This document shows positions 24,120 to 32,000 of a DNA stretch of 32,000 nucleotides, piece by piece. The number at the start of each line of letters is the position of its first letter. Within the stretch, counting starts at the first letter, position 1. The stretch comes from Pseudodesulfovibrio piezophilus C1TLV30 (GTDB lineage: Bacteria > Desulfobacterota > Desulfovibrionia > Desulfovibrionales > Desulfovibrionaceae): positions 2,280,001-2,312,000 of the forward strand of contig NC_020409.1 in the NCBI RefSeq assembly GCF_000341895.1. The letters are read 5' to 3'. Made by a program: the position numbers and the translations under genes. The notes under the pieces are model-generated. The model saw only the letters and a list, made by a program, of their open reading frames with translations. It was not told the DNA's origin and did not search any database.

Positions 24120-25082
24120 ATGAATATACTCATGACATCAGCCGGACGGCGCACTTCGCTTTTGCGCTTCTTTCAGGAAGCCGCCCATGCTCGCGGAGGT
24201 TCGGTCCACGCCGGGGATATGGACGGATTGGCCCCGGCGCTCTATCTGGCCGACCATGCAATCCGCCTGCCGCGTGTGACGGACACGAACTATATTCCTT
24301 TTCTACTCGACTCTGTTGAAAAACATGCTGTTTCGCTCGTGGTCCCGACCATTGATACCGAACTGACTGTTTTTGCCGAGTCCGCACCACTCTTTGCCGC
24401 CAAGGGATGCCGTCTGTTGATCTCCTCTCCCAGACTGATTTCCGCCTGCCGCGATAAATGGAACACCTCGCGGGTCTTCGGCGATCTGGGCGTGCGTGTT
24501 CCCCGCTCTTGGCTACCCGGCCAAATCGACAATGCCGACCTGCCGGAAAAGCTCTTTATCAAACCACGCGACGGCAGTGCCAGTCTCGATGCCTACCCCG
24601 TGGAGAAGAAAGACCTCTCCACCATGCTGGACCAAGTGCCAAACGCCATCATCCAGGAGCGGATCACAGGGCGTGAAATTACCATCGACGCCCTCCTCGA
24701 TTTTGACGGTCGCCCCATTCACTTTGTCCCACGCATTCGCGTCAAGACCGTGGGTGGGGAATCTGTCCAGGGCACGACCATCAAGGAACCCGGCCTCAAT
24801 GAATGGTTGGAATCCCTGCTCCGCATCATCGGTGACATGGGCGGGATCGGTCCCATGACCATGCAGGCCTTTCTCACGGATGACGAATTCGTCCTCTTCG
24901 AGATCAACCCGCGCTTCGGCGGGGGCTTTCCGCTGGGACACGCAGCAGGGGGACTATACCCGCACTGGCTGATGCAAATGGTGGCAGGGGAGCCTGTCGC
25001 CCCACGATTGGGCGAATACACCGTTGGCCTGTCCATGACCCGTTCCTATACAGAAGTTTTCACACAGGAGCCTCAGTGGTGA
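24120..25082 (+). CDS. ATP-grasp family ligase (carboxylate-amine ligase type), sugar-operon associated
   Basis: Has a pre-ATP-grasp N-terminus (MNILMTSAGRR), a KPRDGSASLD nucleotide-binding loop, and LFEINPRFGGGFPL (the EINPR-type Mg/ATP motif). It is the first gene of a four-gene tightly coupled operon. Confidence 0.75.
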   Translation: MNILMTSAGRRTSLLRFFQEAAHARGGSVHAGDMDGLAPALYLADHAIRLPRVTDTNYIPFLLDSVEKHAVSLVVPTIDTELTVFAESAPLFAAKGCRLLISSPRLISACRDKWNTSRVFGDLGVRVPRSWLPGQIDNADLPEKLFIKPRDGSASLDAYPVEKKDLSTMLDQVPNAIIQERITGREITIDALLDFDGRPIHFVPRIRVKTVGGESVQGTTIKEPGLNEWLESLLRIIGDMGGIGPMTMQAFLTDDEFVLFEINPRFGGGFPLGHAAGGLYPHWLMQMVAGEPVAPRLGEYTVGLSMTRSYTEVFTQEPQW

Positions 25083-25762
25083 TCAAGGGCGTTGTTTTTG
25101 ATATGGACGACACACTCTATCTGGAACGGGATTACGTCCGAAGCGGCTTCCAGGCCGTGGCAACCCATGTCAGCGACATGGCGGATGAATCCACTGTATT
25201 TCAGACCTTGTGGACCCTGTTTCAAGAAGGAATCCGAGGCAATACCTTCAACCTTCTGATGGAAACCATGCCCGGTCTGGCCGAAAGAACATCCATCCCG
25301 CAACTGGTTTCCATTTACCGAAACCATATACCGGATATAGCCATTCTTCCGGCCATGCGAACGCTGCTTATCGACCTGCGGAACCAAGGATTGCCCCTTG
25401 GTCTGCTCTCCGACGGTCCCCTTGCTGCCCAGCAAGCCAAGGTGGATGCTCTGGGTCTCGAAACATTGGTGGATTCCATCGTCCTGACCGATGCTTTGGG
25501 GCGCGATAAATGGAAGCCGAATCCCGCCGGATTCGAAAGACTTGCTCAAACCATGGATGTTGAACACAAATTTCTTGTTTACATCGGCGACAATCCAGTC
25601 AAAGACTTCATCGCACCCAGAACGCTCGGCTGGCGAACCATCAGGCTTCGCATGCCCGGCCAATTGCGCGAAACAGACGAACCGACCAGCGAGGCGGCAA
25701 CTCCGGACAATGTTGTTTCCACTATGGAAGCCCTCCGAACAGTGCTCCACTCCGACCATTAA
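25076..25762 (+). CDS. HAD-superfamily phosphatase/hydrolase
   Basis: Starts at a GTG that overlaps the ATP-grasp stop (GTGGTGA), with AGGAG 6 nt upstream. Motif I is VVFDMDDTLY. It also has LLSDGP and KPNP, and GDNPVKD as motif IV. Confidence 0.75.
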   Translation: MVIKGVVFDMDDTLYLERDYVRSGFQAVATHVSDMADESTVFQTLWTLFQEGIRGNTFNLLMETMPGLAERTSIPQLVSIYRNHIPDIAILPAMRTLLIDLRNQGLPLGLLSDGPLAAQQAKVDALGLETLVDSIVLTDALGRDKWKPNPAGFERLAQTMDVEHKFLVYIGDNPVKDFIAPRTLGWRTIRLRMPGQLRETDEPTSEAATPDNVVSTMEALRTVLHSDH

Positions 25763-25771
25763 CAAGGACCC

Positions 25772-26905
25772 ATGACCGTGACCAAGGACCGCATATTTCT
25801 CTCCCCACCGCACATGAGCGGCCAGGAGTTGGAGTTCATCAAAGAGGCGTTCGCATCCAATTATATCGCTCCGGTCGGCCCACAGCTGACCCGATTTGAA
25901 AAGGAATTCTGTCGTTTGACCGGATTTGCCCACTGTCTGGGCGTCTCCAGTGGGACCGCTGCCATTCACCTGGCACTCCGGTTAATGGGAGTCGGTCCCG
26001 GAGATGTGGTCATCGCCTCCACGCTGACTTTTATCGGTTCGGTGACCCCTGTGACCTTTGTGGGAGCGGATCTTCATTTCGTGGACTGTGATCCCGCCAC
26101 CTGGAACATGGACCCCGCCCTGCTCAGGGAAGCAATCAACACCGTGCATGCCTCGGGAAAACGGGTGGGAGCGGTCATCCCCACCGACTTGTACGGCCAG
26201 TGCTCGGATTATGACGCCCTACGAACCATCTGCAACAACCACCAGATTCCCTTGCTTATCGACGCAGCCGAAGCCGTGGGTGCGACATACAAGGGCAACC
26301 ATGCCGGACGCGGTGGTGATGCGGCAGTCTATTCTTTCAACGGCAACAAGATCATCACCACCAGCGGCGGCGGCATGCTTGCCAGTGACAACCTTGATTT
26401 CATTGAAGAAGCGCGCCGCCTTTCCCAGCAGGCGCGGGATGACGCCCCCCACTACGAACACACGACGATCGGATACAATTATCGCATGAGCAATGTTGCG
26501 GCCGCCATCGGCCTTGGCCAAATGACCGTGGTGGATTCTTTCGTGACCCGACTGCGCGAAATATACCGTTTTTATCAAAAGGAATTCGAATCTCTCCCCG
26601 GCTTCTCGCTCATGCCTGAAGCCGAATATGGAGAGTCCACCCATTGGCTGACCGTCATGCTGGTGGATGAAACAAGCGGCACGGACCCCGAAACCATTCG
26701 CCTTGCCCTTGAAGCCGAAAACATTGAGTCACGTCCGGTCTGGAAGCCCATGCACCTGCAACCGGTTTTCACCAACGTCCCGTGTACCGGAGGCCCGGTA
26801 AGTGAAAAATTATTTGAGCAGGGGCTTTGCCTGCCGTCGGGATCAGCCTTGACCGAAGCAGACCTCGAACGAATCGTACGGGTCATAAAGAGTGTGGCGC
26901 GATGA
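25772..26905 (+). CDS. pglE: DegT/PglE-type PLP aminotransferase (UDP-4-keto-6-deoxy-GlcNAc 4-aminotransferase-like)
   Basis: Collinear by eye with Campylobacter PglE. Matching segments are FLSPPHMSGQELEFIKEAFASNYIAPVGP, YSFNGNKIITTSGGGML (PLP lysine), YEHTTIGYNYRMSNVAAAIGLGQM, RPVWKPMHLQPVF and GLCLPSGSALT. Confidence 0.8.
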   Translation: MTVTKDRIFLSPPHMSGQELEFIKEAFASNYIAPVGPQLTRFEKEFCRLTGFAHCLGVSSGTAAIHLALRLMGVGPGDVVIASTLTFIGSVTPVTFVGADLHFVDCDPATWNMDPALLREAINTVHASGKRVGAVIPTDLYGQCSDYDALRTICNNHQIPLLIDAAEAVGATYKGNHAGRGGDAAVYSFNGNKIITTSGGGMLASDNLDFIEEARRLSQQARDDAPHYEHTTIGYNYRMSNVAAAIGLGQMTVVDSFVTRLREIYRFYQKEFESLPGFSLMPEAEYGESTHWLTVMLVDETSGTDPETIRLALEAENIESRPVWKPMHLQPVFTNVPCTGGPVSEKLFEQGLCLPSGSALTEADLERIVRVIKSVAR

Positions 26906-28770
26906 AACTGAAACCGAGTCTCCCGAATTTCAGGAATGCCAATTTCTATGTCATGTTCCTCGCAGACCTTGTCATTTTCACTCTCGCGCTTTTCATGGCG
27001 TATTCCTTTCGCTTCGACTTTGATATCCCACCGGATTTCTTTCATCAATTTACAGGATTGCTCAAGTATGTCCTGATTTTCAAATCAGTGGTTTTCGTTA
27101 CCTTCGGCCTGTACCGGGGCATGTGGCGCTATACCAGCCTGGACGACTATTGGAAAATGCTCCGGGTCACGACCCTGCAAAACCTTCTGCTGATCTCGTT
27201 TGTCGTGCTCCGCTTTTCCTTTGCAGGAGTCCCGCGCTCCATTTTCGTTATCGACTGGATACTGACTCTGGTCCTGTGCAGCGGAGTCCGTCTCTCCATC
27301 CGTGCCTTCTATGCTCAGGCTGAATCCATGACCGCTCCCAGTGCAGAACGGAAAACCATTCTCGTGGTCGGCACCGGGAGTCTGGCTGAAAAGATAGGTC
27401 GGGAACTGGTCGGCAATCCGGCCCAGTACACGCTGGTTGGTTTTCTGGATGAAGACCCTGGGAAAAGAGGAAGAACCATTCACGGAAAGCCGGTCCTCGG
27501 TAATATCGCCCTTATGAAAACCCTTGTTGAACGGGACGAGGTCGATGAGATCTTCATCGCGGTATCCCGCGCTTCCGGCGAGGAAATGCGCCTCATTGCC
27601 GAAGCTTGCAAGACCACAGGGGTTCCCTTCAAAATTCTGCCAGCCATGACGGAAATCATGGACGGTAAAGTGGGTATCAAGGCTCTGCGCGACGTCGATT
27701 ACCTTGACCTGCTAGGCCGGTCTCCGGTTACGCTTGATACAGACCGCATCCTGGCGTACCTGTCCGGTCAGACCGTCCTGGTCACCGGCTGCGGGGGGTC
27801 CATCGGGTCGGAGCTCTGTCGACAAATCGTCCGTTTCAAGCCAAGCCATATCGTGCTGGTGGATTCCAGCGAATACAATCTTTACCAGATGCAAATGGAG
27901 CTGCACCATGGCCTCGGCTTCACCGGTTACACCACAGTGCTCGGCTCGATCACCGATACCGATCTCATGACACGCACCTTTGCAGCCCACACTCCATCCA
28001 CCGTCTTCCACGCCGCGGCCTATAAGCATGTGCCCATGCTGGAACGAAATCCATGGCAGGCTGTCCGCAATAATATCCTCGGCTCGCAGACGATCATGCA
28101 TGCTGCTGTGGAAAGCGGGGTGGAGCGATTCGTGGTCGTCTCCACTGACAAGGCTGTTCGCCCCACCAATGTCATGGGTGCCTCCAAACGTGTCACTGAA
28201 CTGCTCATGCAATCCCTGCATGGCAGAGGCACTCGTTTCATGGCGGTCCGTTTCGGCAATGTCGTCGGTTCCAGCGGCTCGGTGGTGCCGTTATTCAGAC
28301 GACAAATCGAAACAGGCGGCCCGGTCACGGTCACCCATCCTGATGTCACCCGCTATTTCATGTCTATTTCAGAAGCGTCCCAACTCATTCTCCAGGCAGG
28401 AAGCATGGGGGAGACAGGGACTGGCGGAGAAATCTTTGTGCTCGACATGGGCGTCCCGGTCAAAATAGCCGACATGGCCCGTGACCTCATCAGACTCTCC
28501 GGCAAAAAACCAGATGTGGATATTCAGATAATCTTCACCGGTCTGCGGGAAGGCGAAAAGCTTTTTGAGGAACTGATTACGGAAGGAGAGGGGATTGTTC
28601 GCACCGAACATGAAAAAATCCTTGTCCTCGGAACAGATTGCTGCGCCGACCAGCAAACCCTGAGCAAAGAAGTGGATGCCCTTGTCAAAGCCTCGGAAGA
28701 CTATGATGGCACCGCCATACGCTCACTGCTCATGCGCCTTGTTCCCGAATATACCCCCTCGGACAACTAG
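26902..28770 (+). CDS. pglF: membrane-anchored UDP-GlcNAc 4,6-dehydratase (PglF/CapD/WbpM family)
   Basis: Its ATG overlaps the pglE stop (ATGA at 26902-26905). It has four N-terminal TM helices, a VLVTGCGGSIGSEL Rossmann motif, AAAYKHVP (YxxxK) and VVVSTDKAVRPTNVMGASKR. Confidence 0.85.
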   Translation: MKLKPSLPNFRNANFYVMFLADLVIFTLALFMAYSFRFDFDIPPDFFHQFTGLLKYVLIFKSVVFVTFGLYRGMWRYTSLDDYWKMLRVTTLQNLLLISFVVLRFSFAGVPRSIFVIDWILTLVLCSGVRLSIRAFYAQAESMTAPSAERKTILVVGTGSLAEKIGRELVGNPAQYTLVGFLDEDPGKRGRTIHGKPVLGNIALMKTLVERDEVDEIFIAVSRASGEEMRLIAEACKTTGVPFKILPAMTEIMDGKVGIKALRDVDYLDLLGRSPVTLDTDRILAYLSGQTVLVTGCGGSIGSELCRQIVRFKPSHIVLVDSSEYNLYQMQMELHHGLGFTGYTTVLGSITDTDLMTRTFAAHTPSTVFHAAAYKHVPMLERNPWQAVRNNILGSQTIMHAAVESGVERFVVVSTDKAVRPTNVMGASKRVTELLMQSLHGRGTRFMAVRFGNVVGSSGSVVPLFRRQIETGGPVTVTHPDVTRYFMSISEASQLILQAGSMGETGTGGEIFVLDMGVPVKIADMARDLIRLSGKKPDVDIQIIFTGLREGEKLFEELITEGEGIVRTEHEKILVLGTDCCADQQTLSKEVDALVKASEDYDGTAIRSLLMRLVPEYTPSDN

Positions 28771-28800
28771 TTGATTTTTTTGTCTAATCAACTTATTTTT
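28769..28800 (+). terminator. AT-rich intrinsic terminator closing the sugar operon
   Basis: AGTTGATT tttttgtct AATCAACT, an 8-bp stem followed by TATTTTT. It overlaps the pglF stop codon. Confidence 0.5.
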
Positions 28801-29019
28801 CATTTACAATAAAGAGGCTTTAAGGCCAACATCCCGATTTTCAAGAGGAATTCTAGACTTTTCTCGCCCACCTCATTAGGGAATATTATAGAAAAATGAA
28901 CCAACCGACTTGATTTAACTGAATTTCCCGGTTATTACTCAGGCTAACGATCGGAAAGTCTTTGCTCGCTGCTCCGCATCGAATGATATGGAAAGGCAAG
29001 AGCAGAGAAAGGAGAGACG

Positions 29020-29445
29020 ATGATACCAAAGGACCCAGATTGCATTTTCTGCAAGATCATCAGTGGCGATATACCAAGCGCCAAGGTCTATGAAACGGAA
29101 ACCTGCCTGGCCTTTCTGGACATCGCACCCGTGAACGAAGGCCACGCTCTGGTGGTTGTCAAGGGGCACTACCCCACGCTCATGGATCTCCCGGCTGATC
29201 TGGGAAACGATTTGACCCAGGCCCTGTCCAAGGTAGGCAAAGCGGTTATGGAAGCCACTGGAGCCGACGGTCTCAATCTCATGCAGAACAATCATGAGGC
29301 TGCCGGACAACTGGTTCATCATGTGCATTTTCATCTCATTCCGAGGCATAAGGAAGACGGCCTGAAACTCTGGCCCCAGTCCGGTTATGAAAGCCCGGAT
29401 GAAATGAGCAGGCTTGCGGAAACCATCGCAGGTCTCCTGAAATAA
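29020..29445 (+). CDS. HIT-family (histidine triad) nucleotide hydrolase
   Basis: CIFCKIISGDIP N-terminus and the histidine triad HHVHFHLIPR. AGGAG Shine-Dalgarno upstream. Confidence 0.85.
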   Translation: MIPKDPDCIFCKIISGDIPSAKVYETETCLAFLDIAPVNEGHALVVVKGHYPTLMDLPADLGNDLTQALSKVGKAVMEATGADGLNLMQNNHEAAGQLVHHVHFHLIPRHKEDGLKLWPQSGYESPDEMSRLAETIAGLLK

Positions 29446-29473
29446 GTTTTGAAACCCTTTTTGGAGGCGATCA

Positions 29474-29761
29474 ATGAGCACCCTCACCAAAGCTGGCATC
29501 GTAGACTACATTTACGAACGCACTGACAGAAATCGCGCCGAGATCAAAGATCTGGTCGAGTCCATCCTCGAGGTCATGAAGACCGCTGTGAAGAAGGATC
29601 ACGCTCTTCTCATCAGCGGTTTCGGCAAATTCGAAGCCTACGACAAGCGCGCTCGCAAGGGACGCAACCCGCAGACAAGCCAGACCATTACCCTGCCTCC
29701 GCGCAAGGTTGTCGTCTTCCGCCTGTCCCGGAAGTTCCGCGCTGAACTGAATCCCGCATAG
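29474..29761 (+). CDS. ihfA: integration host factor / HU-family DNA-binding protein (IHF-alpha-like)
   Basis: Length is 95 aa. GFGKFEAYDKRARKGRNPQTSQTITLPPRKVVVFRLSRKF matches the IHF-alpha arm pattern (GRNPKTGE..RRVVTFRPG). GGAGG Shine-Dalgarno upstream. Confidence 0.75.
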   Translation: MSTLTKAGIVDYIYERTDRNRAEIKDLVESILEVMKTAVKKDHALLISGFGKFEAYDKRARKGRNPQTSQTITLPPRKVVVFRLSRKFRAELNPA

Positions 29762-29844
29762 GGGTTCTGGACATACCGCGCTGTGGCGCATCGTCCGTCT
29801 TGACCGGCTTCGGTGAACGGCGATGTGTCGTGGGCACAGAAAAG

Positions 29845-29894
29845 AAAAGATCAATCCGCCACTGGCTCAGGCCTGTGACGGGATTGATCTTTTT
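29845..29894. terminator. bidirectional intrinsic terminator (ihfA-like gene / SPOR gene)
   Basis: AAAAGATCAATCC (29845-29857) pairs with GGATTGATCTTTT (29881-29893). The loop has further imperfect pairing (CGCCACTGG / CCTGTGACG). There is an A-run on the left and a T-run on the right. Confidence 0.7.
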
Positions 29895-29930
29895 TTATGC
29901 CTCTTCAAAAAGGCACAATAAAATACTGAT

Positions 29931-30578
29931 TTATTCCGATGTGTTTTGAAGTACAAACCCTTTTGGATAGCTCGAAAGCAATTCCATCAGCGCATCTTCG
30001 GCTTCCTCTTGAGTTGAAAAGGCTCCGGCCTGGACACGAAAAAGCCCTGTATCCGTCCTGACTAATTGGGACCCCTTGTACCCAGCCGCAATAAGCTTGG
30101 ACAGGGCTTTATTGGCATTTTCCAAATCGGAAAAAGCACCCACCTGGATATAATATGCGCCACCGGTCATGACTGTGGAGGTCTCTTCCATCGCCTCACT
30201 GACAGCAGCGAGAGTCTCTTTTTCCTCACGAACCTCAGCCGTGATTTCGGCTTTGGCCGGGGCAGCTTCCGCTGCCGAAGCTGTCACTTTTTCCTCGACT
30301 TTGCCCACAGACTCTTCAGCCAGATCACTCTCTTCCACCTTGGGAGCCGGAGCATTGGCCTCGGTCGGAGCATCCACAACATATGTTTCTTCGATGACCT
30401 CGGGTGTCTCTTCCACCACTTCAGGTCGTACAGCCTGTTGAGGAGCGGCCTTGACGGACTGGGCCGGTCGTTGGGCCGGAGGTGATGAAACTATATGCTT
30501 GCGGAAGCACCCCCCCAGGGAAAACACGACCATAACCGCGGCCACGGTCGAGAGAAGCGTACAAAGATGTTTTTTCAT
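29931..30578 (-). CDS. SPOR-domain lipoprotein
   Basis: The lipobox is VFSLGGC. A long acidic Ala/Glu/Pro-rich linker follows. The C-terminal SPOR repeat is YYIQVGAFSDLENANKALSKL...LFRVQAGAFSTQEEAEDAL. AAGGAGG Shine-Dalgarno upstream. Confidence 0.8.
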   Translation of the reverse strand: MKKHLCTLLSTVAAVMVVFSLGGCFRKHIVSSPPAQRPAQSVKAAPQQAVRPEVVEETPEVIEETYVVDAPTEANAPAPKVEESDLAEESVGKVEEKVTASAAEAAPAKAEITAEVREEKETLAAVSEAMEETSTVMTGGAYYIQVGAFSDLENANKALSKLIAAGYKGSQLVRTDTGLFRVQAGAFSTQEEAEDALMELLSSYPKGFVLQNTSE

Positions 30579-30757
30579 GAAATATTCCTCCTTGCGATCA
30601 TCAGATGCGTGGGAACGGAAGTAGCACGCAGCAATTCACCAAGTCTAGAGTTAATCTAAATTACAAGACAATTGCCTTACTTGGCAAGAGAAGGAATAAA
30701 AAGGTGTCACTCATGATGAAGGGGAGCACCATTGATCCGCCCGATATGCTGAAGAGT

Positions 30758-31504
30758 CTACCAGACTGCGTCCGCCAGTGAGCCTTTCATATCATAAGGG
30801 AACGTTTTCTTGCCCACTGTCATCTGCCCCTTGAGATCAAAAGACGTCTGGTACAAATCGACCGGATTGAGCAGCCCTCTTCCTGAAGCCTTGACTGATA
30901 AGGGTTTTCCCATGGAAAAATCACGGATAGTCATATCCTGTCCCTTGATCTCGGAAGTGAACGCGAGATCCTCAACAACCTTTTCATCAGGAAGAATGAG
31001 ATGCTGCGAGCGGATATCCACCCAGCCATTCCGGGGAAGTATAGCACCTTCGGGCATGAAAAGATTTCCGGCCACATGCAGAATACCCTTGAGATCCGCT
31101 CCCCCCAAAAGCGCGGTCAGGTTAAGGTCGCCTTCAAAGTCGAAGGTGCCATTCTGAAAGAGGTTCAATTCGCATTCGGAACTGCCGGTATCGAGTCGGA
31201 CCTTGGCCAGAGGCGAAAAACCAATGGAAACATAGGCTTGATGAAACGCCAGATTTCCCGGAGTATCGGCTAGAGTGACCTTGAGTTCGCGAACACGAAA
31301 TCCAAAGGGACCATCCTTGTCAATGGAATCCCACCGCAGTCCCACGGTCGGAAGCCTTTCGTCCAACGAGGCAAGGGCTGACGACCAGAGCTTGTTCCAC
31401 GGCGTAAAAAGCGCGATGCCCAGAGCAAAACCGAAGAACATGAGAAAAAATCGGGCGAGAATTCGACCGGGAAGCGAGGATGTTTTCTTGAAAGGAGATG
31501 CCAT
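30758..31504 (-). CDS. putative type II secretion system protein N (GspN-like)
   Basis: Has a single N-terminal TM anchor (ILARFFLMFFGFALGIALF) followed by a beta-rich periplasmic domain of about 210 aa. It lies immediately downstream of a GspM-like gene. The ATG at 31504 has GAGGA 7 nt upstream; the ORF-track start at 31510 is a TTG. The family call rests on gene order plus architecture only. Confidence 0.4.
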   Translation of the reverse strand: MASPFKKTSSLPGRILARFFLMFFGFALGIALFTPWNKLWSSALASLDERLPTVGLRWDSIDKDGPFGFRVRELKVTLADTPGNLAFHQAYVSIGFSPLAKVRLDTGSSECELNLFQNGTFDFEGDLNLTALLGGADLKGILHVAGNLFMPEGAILPRNGWVDIRSQHLILPDEKVVEDLAFTSEIKGQDMTIRDFSMGKPLSVKASGRGLLNPVDLYQTSFDLKGQMTVGKKTFPYDMKGSLADAVW

Positions 31505-31513
31505 GATCAATCC

Positions 31514-32000
31514 TCAACGGGCCAAGACGAAATGCGCGTCAGCAAGACGCGGATCATCCGGGTTGCGAGTCAGAATACAACTGGGCGTTTGCAAGCTCGC
31601 CCTGTCGCGCAGGGCAACCATGAAAGAGGTCAGTTTATTGAGAGAAAGCCCCGAGAATGTCACCTGAATGCCTTTTATATCATCATCTACAACTGTTGAG
31701 CGAATGGAGGTCAGATTCTTCTCAATGACCAAATCATCAATGATGGCCCAGGTCGCATCTTCCACACTCAAATGTGTCAGCGCACCCTGTTGGGCGCGTA
31801 ATGCTTTGATATCCTGTACGATAGGAACGACACGGCCATACTGTTCCTTGCTCTCAGCAATACGCTGTTCCAAAGAACCGGAAAAAAGCTTGAGGCCTAT
31901 AGAAATGGACAGGACACTCACTATGGTCCCCAAAAGAATCATCCGAAAAAATCGCTTTTGCGATTCTCTGGGCCAGAAGCTCCAGAAATATACCGGAGGC
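31514..32000 (-). CDS. putative type II secretion system protein M (GspM/PilO-like), open at the right edge
   Basis: The reading frame stays open upstream of the ATG at 31942 to the window end (..PPVYFWSFWPRESQKRFFRMILLG..). It has a TM helix, then a coiled segment, then a C-terminal IQVTFSGLSLNKLTSFMVALRDRASLQ...HFVLAR pattern reminiscent of GspM. Confidence 0.5.
   Translation of the reverse strand, partial: PPVYFWSFWPRESQKRFFRMILLGTIVSVLSISIGLKLFSGSLEQRIAESKEQYGRVVPIVQDIKALRAQQGALTHLSVEDATWAIIDDLVIEKNLTSIRSTVVDDDIKGIQVTFSGLSLNKLTSFMVALRDRASLQTPSCILTRNPDDPRLADAHFVLAR

Noticed and set aside
1-32000. Search for CRISPR arrays, IS elements, integrases, phage genes, toxin-antitoxin pairs or recognisable defence-system ATPases or nucleases.
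   Set aside because: No spaced direct repeats, terminal inverted repeats or transposase, integrase or defence-type domains were seen. The metallophosphoesterase next to an ABC protein is not SbcCD-like, because the ABC protein is a six-TM MsbA-type exporter.

Overview
Gene-dense 32-kb chromosomal window with about 31 protein-coding genes on both strands, mostly housekeeping and envelope functions. The protein families (DUF362 Fe-S protein, B12-type radical SAM, double-Cache MCP, HD-GYP, HDOD, peroxiredoxin) suggest an anaerobic Desulfovibrio-like deltaproteobacterium; this is inference only. I found no rRNA, tRNA, CRISPR array, transposase, integrase or phage genes. Order of features: response regulator (partial, -); candidate 6S RNA; a tight + strand operon of 5-formyl-THF cyclo-ligase, PgeF, a 58-aa membrane microprotein and a radical SAM enzyme; fabI (-); DUF362/ferredoxin (+); a - strand run of a 93-aa orphan, nfo, HAD, HD-GYP and MCP; peroxiredoxin (-); M16C PreP-like peptidase (+); TPR-AMIN-amidase (-); metallophosphoesterase (-); MsbA-like ABC exporter (+); cheD-HDOD (+); cyclophilin, aroE and fabD (-); an ATP-grasp/HAD/PglE/PglF sugar operon (+); HIT and ihfA-like (+); SPOR lipoprotein and GspN/GspM-like (-, running off the right edge). 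Most interesting: (1) a bacillosamine-type PglF/PglE pair whose usual PglD acetyltransferase is replaced by an ATP-grasp ligase plus a HAD phosphatase, suggesting an unusual 4-N-acylated trideoxyhexose; (2) a 165-nt extended hairpin with a central bubble just upstream of the 5-FTHF cyclo-ligase gene, which is the classical 6S RNA position; (3) an orphan cheD translationally coupled to a stand-alone HDOD protein; (4) an unannotated microprotein wedged between pgeF and a B12-type radical SAM gene. All functional calls come from motif recognition by eye. No database search was run.
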